A stretch of 36,089 nucleotides of DNA from a virus (taxonomy: Duplodnaviria; Caudoviricetes), in the IMG/VR virus record IMGVR_UViG_3300025168_000267, positions 1 through 36,089 of that record. One strand, given 5' to 3'. The notes below the pieces were generated by a model that saw only the letters and a list, made by a program, of their open reading frames with translations, was not told the origin of the DNA and did not search any database. A program made the translations under genes and the position numbers. Below, one piece after another: positions 1 to 8,485 of this stretch; positions within the stretch are counted from its first letter, which is position 1; every line of letters starts with the position of its first letter.

Positions 1-138
1 GGTGCTTTACAAAGTAATGCTACTGTTGCAGGAACTATTGGTGAATATTTACTTCTTGAACCATCCACCCTTTCAACGGGTGCGGTTGTTACAGGTGACT
101 TAGGAACTTTTAGAGTACGAGCATACGGTCTTCTATGA
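1..138 (+). CDS. Partial gene (3' end), probable virion/head accessory protein
   Basis: Frame 1 is open from the window edge: ...GTIGEYLLLEPSTLSTGAVVTGDLGTFRVRAYGLL, stop TGA at 136-138. It lies directly upstream of the structural genes. Confidence 0.55.
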   Translation, partial: GALQSNATVAGTIGEYLLLEPSTLSTGAVVTGDLGTFRVRAYGLL

Positions 139-143
139 GGTGA
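137..143 (+). promoter_or_regulatory. Archaeal-type Shine-Dalgarno (GAGGTGA), representative of many sites
   Basis: GGTGA occurs a few nt before starts at 148, 3655, 5599, 8486, 10802, 14580, 26539 and 26643, and on the minus strand before 29530, 31250 and 35929. Confidence 0.8.
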
Positions 144-147
144 GTAA

Positions 148-465
148 ATGTTAAGAGTAAAAAATATCACAGGTGGAACTAAAACAATCTTTGGGAGTCA
201 ATACTTAGGTGGATTGACTTATGAAGTTGATGAGCGTTTGTTGGAATTTTTTATTAAGAATGGATTTGAAATCTTGGACTCCGTTGAAACAGAATCTACA
301 TTGGTTGAAGAAACCATTGTTGAGGAAGTTAATGAAACGGAAGTCCTTGATTTCTCTTCAATGACTAAGCGTGAATTACAGGCTTGGTTAAAAGAACAAG
401 GCATTCCTTTTAAATTGTCCGACAATAAATCATCTTTACTTAGTTTGACCGAAGAAGAAGAGTAA
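148..465 (+). CDS. Small acidic protein with C-terminal HeH/LEM/Rho-N-like helical domain
   Basis: The C-terminus DFSSMTKRELQAWLKEQGIPFKLSDNKSSLLSL fits a helix-extension-helix motif. Such genes are common after capsid genes. A strong SD is present. Confidence 0.7.
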   Translation: MLRVKNITGGTKTIFGSQYLGGLTYEVDERLLEFFIKNGFEILDSVETESTLVEETIVEEVNETEVLDFSSMTKRELQAWLKEQGIPFKLSDNKSSLLSLTEEEE

Positions 466-480
466 GGTTTAATACCTAAC
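466..480 (+). promoter_or_regulatory. Putative archaeal TATA-like promoter (GGTTTAATACCTAAC)
   Basis: TTTAATA lies in one of the few intergenic gaps, about 40 nt before ATG 511. A similar motif occurs at 10760. Confidence 0.35.
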
Positions 481-510
481 GCTTCTTAACGATAAATAAG
501 AGGGAAGGAT

Positions 511-984
511 ATGGCATATAATTCGACAAAGACACAGACAGCAAATACAATAGTAGCCAGTAATGGTGGTAATTTTGAAGGGGTAAATGTTTTTAATGGT
601 TCAACTGCCGCTATTGTCTATATTGCAGATAATAGTGTAGCGACTATCGCTCAAACCTGCACTTATAATAATGACCCGACAGTGACAGTAGAGGATTCTG
701 CTTCATTATTAGTCGGTGATTTAGTATTTGGTACAGGAATACCTCTTGATGCTAAAGTAGCATCTATTACAGATGCGACTACAATCGAAATTACAGCATC
801 CACTACCGGTGGAGATACAACTGGACCAATTAGTTTTGAAAGACTTAGTAATACAATTTGTAAGTTTCATATAGCGGCAGATACAACTTATTTTTATAGA
901 GGTTTTGATGTTGTTTGTAGAAACGGTATTAAGATTGTTTCGAGTAATTGGGCTAATTTAGAAGTTTTTACACTACACAATTGA
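511..984 (+). CDS. Virion structural protein with an inserted beta-rich 'GTGIP' module
   Basis: T/G/S-rich, with the segment TCTYNNDPTVTV...LLVGDLVFGTGIPLDAKVASITDATTIEI. It lies within the structural operon. Confidence 0.6.
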   Translation: MAYNSTKTQTANTIVASNGGNFEGVNVFNGSTAAIVYIADNSVATIAQTCTYNNDPTVTVEDSASLLVGDLVFGTGIPLDAKVASITDATTIEITASTTGGDTTGPISFERLSNTICKFHIAADTTYFYRGFDVVCRNGIKIVSSNWANLEVFTLHN

Positions 985-994
985 GGTGGTGTAA

Positions 995-3655
995 ATTCCT
1001 ACTAACATTCCAACCTTTCGTGACCTAACACTTAATAGTCAATGGAATATTCAAGTGGCTACTGAATACATGGTAGATTTTATTACTGAAAAAAGTAAAG
1101 CAGACCTTCCGGGTTTTATATCGACAGACCATACAGGTAAAAGGGGTCTAAGGGGCTATGACGATGATACATTTGATAGTATTAATCGCAAAGCCTTTGA
1201 AGGTATAAAGAGTAGTAAAATTATTGATTTTTATAATAATACCGAGGCCGACCAAATAGAGGAAGCCCTTACAGAAACAATAAGAGGGCCTGAAGGAGAC
1301 CTTACAATAAAGGATGCTTTAGAGGGTAATGCCCGTAATTTTTTTACAACATTAGATTTAGAAGACCCCAATGTAATGAGAGCAATAGGTCAATATGGCT
1401 TTGCTCAAGCAATATCGGCGGGAGGTTTAGTAAAACCCCTAAAGGCTTTGTTATTTACTGAAAAGGATGGTAATAAGCGTGTTTTAACTGGAGATGCAAA
1501 AAATTGGAAAACACGACAAATGCTCGAAGGTTTAAAGGATGCACAACTTACTTATTATAGAGATGCCGCTAATCGAATGTTAAGTGTAGATTATTACGAC
1601 GACATGAAGGGATTAATTGGTGACAAAATAGAATTAACCAATAATGAACACGATGCTTTTGGTAGAGAATTTACCAGTTGGTCTCAAAGTAATATGCCCG
1701 AAATTCCAGTAGAAGAAAGAAGTGATTTAAAGGGAGAGGTTTATTATCAACTTCCAAAGCCGGGAGATAAATATGTCATAGGTATGGGTGGACTTTCTAA
1801 TGAAGATGTAGGAAGTGTTTTAGATGTTATTCGTGAATTGGCTTTAAGTAAATGGAAGAATCTTATGAAAAAGGCCGTAAATGGTTTAATCAAATTAGAT
1901 GGTTTAAAACCACGGGTAGTGGGTATTACATCGGAAGAATTAACAGAAATACTTGGAGGGGCTAAAAATGTCCGAGAGCAATTAACAACAGAATTAAATA
2001 ATTTAGTTGATGAAGTTGATGAAAGTGGTAAGCCTAAAGAAATGCTTGCGGGTCGTAGGGGAACAAGAGAAAGAATTACACCCGGAAATTTAAGTTCGGA
2101 TAAACCGGATTTTACGAGAGATTTTAGAGCAGACAAACCCGATGAATATGATGAAATGGGAAGACTTATTAAACCACCTGTAAAAGATAGTGATTATGAC
2201 CCAAGCAATCTAACAGTGGAAAGAGATATTCAAATAATTGAAACTGTTGATAAAGATGATATTGTAAATGAGTTAACTCCTATTACTAATGCAAAACAAT
2301 TTATAGATAATTCCACTATTGATGTAAGAGTTAATAAAAAAAGTAAAGTATATACAGTTACAACAAATGAAGAAGATTGGAATTTGTATGAAAACTTTTT
2401 AGGAGTCACCGATGCAGACAAGGCAGTTATGAAAATTTCAAGCCCCGGAAAATTTAGTGGAAAAATGAAATTAGATTTATTAGGTGAGGATATTGAAGAA
2501 CCAGAAGAAGGATTTTCAGTAGAAGTAATTCGAGAAATGTTAAAGACTGAGGAAGGTAGTAAAAAATTATTTACTAATATTAAGGATTCTTTAAATTCTA
2601 TTCTTGATGATAAAGATGTTATTTTAAGATATTACTATTTAGTCGCAGAAAAAGACGATATTGATAATAAAAAAATTGACGAAATAATTCAAGATTTGGA
2701 AACATACTTAGGTAGTTTGTCGGAAGAAGAATTATTAGATTTACTTGAAAACTATAATAGTGAAGAAAGTGAAAGTCTAAGAGGGTTCTTAAGACCGTTT
2801 AATACATTACTTAAAGATATTAATGATGATTTTAATAGTCATACAGAAAATGTAAAGCAATTAAAAGAAGAACAAATTAGAAGTGACGAAGAAGCAGAAG
2901 ATATTGAAGTAGAAGCAGAAACTCAAGAAGACCGGATGGACATTCAAACCAATACTGCTATCGAAACATTTGTAAATTTCTTAGAGGCTTACGAAAAAAG
3001 TAGTGCAAAGTTAAGAGATTATAGACCACCTGAAGATTCGATGGAAGATTTACAAAATGCTATGGATGAATTTTTGGCTACACCAGCAGGACTTACTTTT
3101 AAGAATAAATATGTAAAAGTTTTAGACGGTGCAGATTTAAATGAAATGAATAGACCGGCAGTATTACAAAAACTTGAAGAACATTTTAATCTCAAAGAAT
3201 CAAAATTAGATGAAGGTTCTTCCGAAATTATTGAATCATTAATTAAGGATGATATATTACAACAATATAAATTAGTTGATATATTTACCAATATAATTAC
3301 AGGTAATTCTACAAATCCTAAAGAATGGACACAGATGGCAAAATATACTTCTGCTGGTAAAATACAATTTAGATTAATTTTTACAGTAGGAGAAACAGGT
3401 ACTAAAACACAAGCAGAAATTATATACAATCAACAATTTCAAATTAAGCCAACATTAACTGAGCGTTCTTCAAGAATAGATTTTACCGACAACAAACAAC
3501 AAGCCGCCGCTTCAATAGACAGAAAGGGTGGACAAAGAAGTATGACCGCACTTGGAAGAGAAATTAAACAGAACGGCTTTGGAACAAACATAAAAAGGAA
3601 AGAGTTTATAGATAAGATAGTAGAAAGACTACAACAGTTGGAGATGGTGATTTAA
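995..3655 (+). CDS. Large acidic hypothetical protein (~886 aa; possible internal/ejection protein); start probably ATT at 995 rather than GTG 1055
   Basis: Long ORF whose frame stays open up to ATT at 995, preceded by GAGGTGGTGTAA. E/D/K-rich and helical; no recognisable motif. Confidence 0.7.
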   Translation: MPTNIPTFRDLTLNSQWNIQVATEYMVDFITEKSKADLPGFISTDHTGKRGLRGYDDDTFDSINRKAFEGIKSSKIIDFYNNTEADQIEEALTETIRGPEGDLTIKDALEGNARNFFTTLDLEDPNVMRAIGQYGFAQAISAGGLVKPLKALLFTEKDGNKRVLTGDAKNWKTRQMLEGLKDAQLTYYRDAANRMLSVDYYDDMKGLIGDKIELTNNEHDAFGREFTSWSQSNMPEIPVEERSDLKGEVYYQLPKPGDKYVIGMGGLSNEDVGSVLDVIRELALSKWKNLMKKAVNGLIKLDGLKPRVVGITSEELTEILGGAKNVREQLTTELNNLVDEVDESGKPKEMLAGRRGTRERITPGNLSSDKPDFTRDFRADKPDEYDEMGRLIKPPVKDSDYDPSNLTVERDIQIIETVDKDDIVNELTPITNAKQFIDNSTIDVRVNKKSKVYTVTTNEEDWNLYENFLGVTDADKAVMKISSPGKFSGKMKLDLLGEDIEEPEEGFSVEVIREMLKTEEGSKKLFTNIKDSLNSILDDKDVILRYYYLVAEKDDIDNKKIDEIIQDLETYLGSLSEEELLDLLENYNSEESESLRGFLRPFNTLLKDINDDFNSHTENVKQLKEEQIRSDEEAEDIEVEAETQEDRMDIQTNTAIETFVNFLEAYEKSSAKLRDYRPPEDSMEDLQNAMDEFLATPAGLTFKNKYVKVLDGADLNEMNRPAVLQKLEEHFNLKESKLDEGSSEIIESLIKDDILQQYKLVDIFTNIITGNSTNPKEWTQMAKYTSAGKIQFRLIFTVGETGTKTQAEIIYNQQFQIKPTLTERSSRIDFTDNKQQAAASIDRKGGQRSMTALGREIKQNGFGTNIKRKEFIDKIVERLQQLEMVI

Positions 3656-4743
3656 TGGTTAAAGTAATGACACCTTCGGATTCCGGTCTAAATGTGGTTA
3701 ATTATACAACAGGTGGCGGTGCATATACAACTGCTGTAAAGGTAGCCGCACTGTTAGGTATTTCGGATTTTACTTCCTCAACTTCCCCAACTTTAGCCGA
3801 GGTAGGGGATTTGATGAGAAGGTCCGAAGACTTCATAGATGAATTTACAAACTCTTCTTGGAGAGATAACTTAGTAGAAAATGAATTTCACGATTTTACG
3901 AGAAGTAATAATTACAATTATTTTTACGAAGATTACATCGGCAAAATTAGACTCCACCATGAGAATACTCGAAAAATTTTACGAATCGCTATTTGGGATG
4001 GTTCAGTTTATACAGATATTGCCTCGGTGGTAGCAACATTAACAGTAGATGATTTTACCAATCTTACATCTATTGTTCTTACAGGTGGAGGTTTAACTTG
4101 GACTCTATCACCCGACAGTTCAGGTATTACTGATAATGATAAGTTTAACAAGGCTTACGGGCAAAGAACTACTGCACAGGACATTTGCTACCTTATCAAT
4201 GAACAAGTGCCTACAATCACCGCCCCCTTTACAGGAGGAACTGCTAAAAAACTTTTACAAGATGGAACTAGCGTATATAATATATCCGATTTCTTTTATG
4301 CTAACTTAGAAGAAGATGAAACGATTACAATTGTTTCTTTACTTCCCGGTTCGGATGGTTCTAATTGCACACTCACGGTTAACGGGGGAACTAATTCTCG
4401 CACTCAATTTACAAATAAAGAAGACTATGACCGTAATGCGGCATGGTGGGATATGAAAGATACGGGAGATATTTTTTTCCGTAGTGAATTTCCTACACAT
4501 CATAAGCATTCAGTAAAGGTTACATATACTTGTGGACAAACACGAGTTCCTGCCGTTATTGAAGATGCGGCTACAAAACTTACCGCCTGTGAACTTATCA
4601 CAAGTGATGATTCTTATGTTTTATTAGGAAATGATTCTACTAATGGCATAGATTTAAAAAGTAAATACGATTCCTATAAAGCAGATGTGGATAAAATTCT
4701 ACGCATGAAACGCCGAGTGGTGTACTATTTGGACAGTGATTGA
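3655..4743 (+). CDS. Head-tail adaptor/connector protein (SPP1 gp15/HK97 gp6-like) with inserted domain
   Basis: N-terminus YTTAVKVAALLG...RSEDFIDEFT and C-terminus VKVTYTCGQTRVPAVIEDAATKLTACELI are typical of adaptors. Its position between head and tail genes agrees. Confidence 0.7.
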   Translation: MVKVMTPSDSGLNVVNYTTGGGAYTTAVKVAALLGISDFTSSTSPTLAEVGDLMRRSEDFIDEFTNSSWRDNLVENEFHDFTRSNNYNYFYEDYIGKIRLHHENTRKILRIAIWDGSVYTDIASVVATLTVDDFTNLTSIVLTGGGLTWTLSPDSSGITDNDKFNKAYGQRTTAQDICYLINEQVPTITAPFTGGTAKKLLQDGTSVYNISDFFYANLEEDETITIVSLLPGSDGSNCTLTVNGGTNSRTQFTNKEDYDRNAAWWDMKDTGDIFFRSEFPTHHKHSVKVTYTCGQTRVPAVIEDAATKLTACELITSDDSYVLLGNDSTNGIDLKSKYDSYKADVDKILRMKRRVVYYLDSD

Positions 4744-4744
4744 T

Positions 4745-5593
4745 ATGTGGGAAAGTCTACTAAAGCAAAACAAAATTCAAAAGGCTGGAAAGCGTACTAA
4801 TTATAAAATGTATAGAGATGCTTTACGAACAGCAGCATTTACGGTTATGGAAAATAAACCTGCTGGAACAGAATTTTCCGCTAAGGATTTAATTTTAATG
4901 GAAGAAGAGATAACAGAAATTGCTAAAACTTTGGTTCCTGCAAGATTATTAGGTGGATTTGCTCAATTTAGAAAAAATAAATTTGACGGTCAAATGATAG
5001 TAGCGGCAAGAATGATGGTCGCTAATGGTATGGCTGAAAAATTAGAAACAAGTAGGGTGGGATATAAACTTACAGGGCAGATGAGAAAGTCTAAAGATTA
5101 CGGTAAGTCTCCAAAAAAAATTAGCCCTGAAATGGAAGAAGACATAGAAGAAGTTGTAGCCGATAACGAGTTTGAAAATAACCCCACTCTTTCGGACAAA
5201 GTTAAACACATACTAATGGAAGGTCGTAAAAGCAATAAACCTGCAAGAACTCAAGAAGAAATGGATGAGTTTAAAAGAAAATATCCTAATGTTGATAAGG
5301 CTGAAGGTGGCTGTGGCTGTGGTTGTGATGGAGAAGATGTTTCTAAGGCTTCATCACAATGTACTAAAAGAACAAAAAAGGCAAGTTCTACTCGAAAGGG
5401 TAAAAAATGGATGGCTTGCGTTCCTAATGGTAAAGGTGGATATAAGCGTGTTCATTGGGGGCAAAGAGGTGTTTCAGTAACAGGAAAGCGAGGAAATACT
5501 AAGCGTAAAAAATCTTTTAGAGCAAGACATAAATGTTCTACATGTAAAGGTGGGGATTATTCAGCCCGTTGTATGGCTTGTAGGGATTGGTGA
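4745..5593 (+). CDS. Basic multi-domain protein with MWESLLK tag and C-terminal Cys/Lys-rich 'RKKSFRARHKC' domain
   Basis: ATG at 4745 follows GTGAT. The C-terminal KKWMACV...VHWGQRG...KRKKSFRARHKC...SARCMACRDW resembles a small basic domain I recall from marine viruses (DUF6321-like, unverified). Confidence 0.7.
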   Translation: MWESLLKQNKIQKAGKRTNYKMYRDALRTAAFTVMENKPAGTEFSAKDLILMEEEITEIAKTLVPARLLGGFAQFRKNKFDGQMIVAARMMVANGMAEKLETSRVGYKLTGQMRKSKDYGKSPKKISPEMEEDIEEVVADNEFENNPTLSDKVKHILMEGRKSNKPARTQEEMDEFKRKYPNVDKAEGGCGCGCDGEDVSKASSQCTKRTKKASSTRKGKKWMACVPNGKGGYKRVHWGQRGVSVTGKRGNTKRKKSFRARHKCSTCKGGDYSARCMACRDW

Positions 5594-5598
5594 TTAAA

Positions 5599-6630
5599 AT
5601 GTGGTTGGATATACTTAAAAAAGCAAGGGGGCGGTCAACAACAATTACGGGAAGTGCTTTAAGAGAAGTTCTTAATGACTATATTCAATCAACCGGCAGT
5701 TTAGATTTGTATTTTGTAGAAGAAGTAATAGAAAATATTTATGAAGATTATAAAGAAAAAGATAATCCAACTAAAAAAATTGGTGAAAAGAATTTTAGAA
5801 TAAAAGCAAATAAATTTTTAAGTGGATATTTGCCGGAAGAGTATGAAGTTTTAAACTATGGCAAGAAAATACTTCCCGATGGTAGGCCTAATCCCAAATG
5901 GATTATTGGCTCATTGAACCGTATTAGAATAATAGTTAAGAAAAATATAAATGAAGACCTTGAAAAAATTCGCACTCGAAGTGGAGATAGATTAAAACTT
6001 CGTGATTGGGAAGGGTTTAAAAAAACCTTAAGAGCAGGTCTTAATGCCACAGTTCCAAGAGATATTTACAATCGTAAGTCTAATGTAAGATTAACTGATG
6101 GTGACTTTGAAGACAATAAGGCTGTACTTAATGTTTCTTTTAGGTCACTACAAGGAGATAGAAGATATATTCATATTAATTTTATAGAAAAAGATGGAGA
6201 CTATTACTTTACAACAATAGAAGGTAATATTCAACTTTTTGACAGTGAAGTAATACAAACTGAAGCCCAGTTAAGAGAACGAGTTATAGACTTGGTGGAA
6301 GAAATCTATATACAAGAACAAGAGGAATACGATTTAAGAGATAAGAATGAAGAAGAACTTACTGAAGAAGAAAACATTCGACAGTTAGAAGCCTCTAATC
6401 CTGATTCTTATTGGGATAAAGAAAGGGCTATGATGGTTCCCAAAGAAAAACCTCCGGAAGAAGAAGAAACAAGAAATTTAAATTTAGAAGAGGCGGCTAA
6501 ATTGGGTGCTAAGGCTAAAGAAAAGGCTGATAAATTAAAAAATTTACTTGCTGAGAGAAAAAGAAAAAAAGGTAAGGGTAAGGATATTAAACCACTAAGA
6601 GGAAAGCGAGGTCGTAGAGATGTTTCGTAA
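5599..6630 (+). CDS. Hypothetical protein with MWLDILKK tag, acidic region and basic tail
   Basis: ATG at 5599 follows GGTGAT. The ORF is about 343 aa. Confidence 0.7.
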   Translation: MWLDILKKARGRSTTITGSALREVLNDYIQSTGSLDLYFVEEVIENIYEDYKEKDNPTKKIGEKNFRIKANKFLSGYLPEEYEVLNYGKKILPDGRPNPKWIIGSLNRIRIIVKKNINEDLEKIRTRSGDRLKLRDWEGFKKTLRAGLNATVPRDIYNRKSNVRLTDGDFEDNKAVLNVSFRSLQGDRRYIHINFIEKDGDYYFTTIEGNIQLFDSEVIQTEAQLRERVIDLVEEIYIQEQEEYDLRDKNEEELTEEENIRQLEASNPDSYWDKERAMMVPKEKPPEEEETRNLNLEEAAKLGAKAKEKADKLKNLLAERKRKKGKGKDIKPLRGKRGRRDVS

Positions 6631-6826
6631 AATTTTAGAAAAAATGCGTTTGGTTCAACTCGACATGGAAAGTATTTTAGAAACCGTTGTTCAGCAAAAT
6701 GAAGACATACAGGATTACACCGAAAGAACTTTGGGTGAAAAAATGAGCGACGAGATAATGGAACAGGTTATCGAACAAGAAGTTGTTCAAGTTATCCAAA
6801 GAAGAATTGAGGAGGCGTTTGAATGA
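6620..6826 (+). CDS. Small acidic helical hypothetical protein (neck region)
   Basis: 68 aa, overlaps both neighbours, and has GAGGT upstream. Confidence 0.65.
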   Translation: MFRKILEKMRLVQLDMESILETVVQQNEDIQDYTERTLGEKMSDEIMEQVIEQEVVQVIQRRIEEAFE

Positions 6827-7881
6827 CTTGGTTTGACACTATCTCTAAGAAAAAAGAGAAAGGTATGCGTAAATTAGAAGATGCTTTGCTTGTCGAAGGA
6901 TATAAAATTATTGAAACGAGTAAGGGTAGGGCAAAGCATACTAAAATTAAAGTTAAGCGTTTATCGGAAGTAGACGACCCGAATGCACAAGAAGTACAAA
7001 CAACTGTAAGTCACGCTGTTGCTAATGGGAGAAAAAATGCCGCTATGATTGTAAATGAAATTATTAATAAATTTGCAGGAAGAAAGCGTAGAGGGCAAGG
7101 TTCATTTAAATTATCTAATGATAAAATTAATAGATGGCAAAGTATTCTTAAGATAGAGCCGAAAGATAACCCACTGTCGGATGAGTTTGAAACACCGGAA
7201 ATACCACCAAGAAGAACACCGTTAATTTCATCTTTGGTAGCAAAAAATCAACACTTGGCATCTGTAACTGTAATATTAGATAAATTTAAATATGCTAAAA
7301 TGCTTTTTTTAGTAGACAAGACTAACGAGGGTCTTGATATGTTAAGGGTGACGGGTAAATGGTGGATTTATGATAACTCTTATGTTCTTTTAGCATTTGA
7401 CACTTTAGGGATGAAGAAGTTATTAGAGGAAAATGATACAAATTTAGTAACTCAAGATATAGATTTATTTTTAGACGCTGTGTTAGAATTTTATTTAACA
7501 ATAGATTCCAATTACGAAAAAAGAAAAAACGCCTTAGAAGTTTATGCTACTTCAATTTATGACAGTATAATTATAGAAAGTCAAAATAAGGGTAAAAAAA
7601 GACAATATATAGATGCTACTGTTGAAGAAGCGGTAAAAATTTTAGATAGATTTGAAGGTAAAGTAAAACCCATAGAAATAGTTATTCAACAAACCGTAGA
7701 AGATATAGAAGAAGGCGATACAGAAGTAGATTGGGAAACTTTATCGGAGTTATATGATACAGATATGTTTCCGGAAGATGATGAAGATGATGAAGGTACT
7801 GTAGGCGGATATATGACACCTGAAGATTATGCAGAATCAAGAACGGAAGAAACATTAAGGAGGCTAAGAAACCGTGGATGA
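6823..7881 (+). CDS. Protein with MTWFDTISK tag, N-terminal HicA-like domain and acidic C-terminal domain
   Basis: RKLEDALLVEGYKIIETSKGRAKHTKIKV...TTVSHAVANGRKNAAMIVNEI fits the HicA alpha-beta-beta-beta-alpha pattern with a His. An internal WQSILK repeat of the tag follows. Confidence 0.6.
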   Translation: MTWFDTISKKKEKGMRKLEDALLVEGYKIIETSKGRAKHTKIKVKRLSEVDDPNAQEVQTTVSHAVANGRKNAAMIVNEIINKFAGRKRRGQGSFKLSNDKINRWQSILKIEPKDNPLSDEFETPEIPPRRTPLISSLVAKNQHLASVTVILDKFKYAKMLFLVDKTNEGLDMLRVTGKWWIYDNSYVLLAFDTLGMKKLLEENDTNLVTQDIDLFLDAVLEFYLTIDSNYEKRKNALEVYATSIYDSIIIESQNKGKKRQYIDATVEEAVKILDRFEGKVKPIEIVIQQTVEDIEEGDTEVDWETLSELYDTDMFPEDDEDDEGTVGGYMTPEDYAESRTEETLRRLRNRG

Positions 7882-8467
7882 AGTTACATATTTAGTTACA
7901 CTACTTGATGAATATTGGAATACTGCTGTAACCGCATTAGGTTCTACCATTCCTGCAATTCATAGAGTCAAACCGCAAATTATGGATATACGAAGTATGG
8001 ATTCTACTCGTAATGCAGCAAAGCCCGGAAGAGGTGGTAATAGAGTAAGAATTAGTGCGGCTTCGGAAGTTACAGCAGATGGAGTTACACCTTCTTTAGA
8101 TGTTATTGTAGTTATGCAAAACTCCCAAACAATAGAATATCCTACTACTACATTCGATGTAAGAAATGAAACTCACGAAATGTCTGTAAGTATTCGTACA
8201 AAGCAAGACGATAGACGAACTAACGATAATGCAAGAATAACTCCTTCCGGTTCTACCTTTGGTAGAGACAGAATAGAAAACCTTTATAAGATAGTTCGAT
8301 ACATCATTGAAACAAACCGGAGGGGCTGGTTTCGTAATGCGGGGATTTTAGAAGAAAATATTAAAACTCTCTTATTAGGAAGCAGAACTGACAGTAATGA
8401 TAAAAAATCAAGAATATTTGGATATAGAATAAATGTAACTATGAAAAGATACGCCGTTAGTTTGTAA
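7874..8467 (+). CDS. Probable tail terminator/tail completion protein
   Basis: Lies immediately upstream of the tail tube. The pattern MSVSIRT...IENLYKIVRYII...YRINVTM fits this class. Confidence 0.55.
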   Translation: MDEVTYLVTLLDEYWNTAVTALGSTIPAIHRVKPQIMDIRSMDSTRNAAKPGRGGNRVRISAASEVTADGVTPSLDVIVVMQNSQTIEYPTTTFDVRNETHEMSVSIRTKQDDRRTNDNARITPSGSTFGRDRIENLYKIVRYIIETNRRGWFRNAGILEENIKTLLLGSRTDSNDKKSRIFGYRINVTMKRYAVSL

Positions 8468-8485
8468 GTAAAAGGGTGATTAAAA

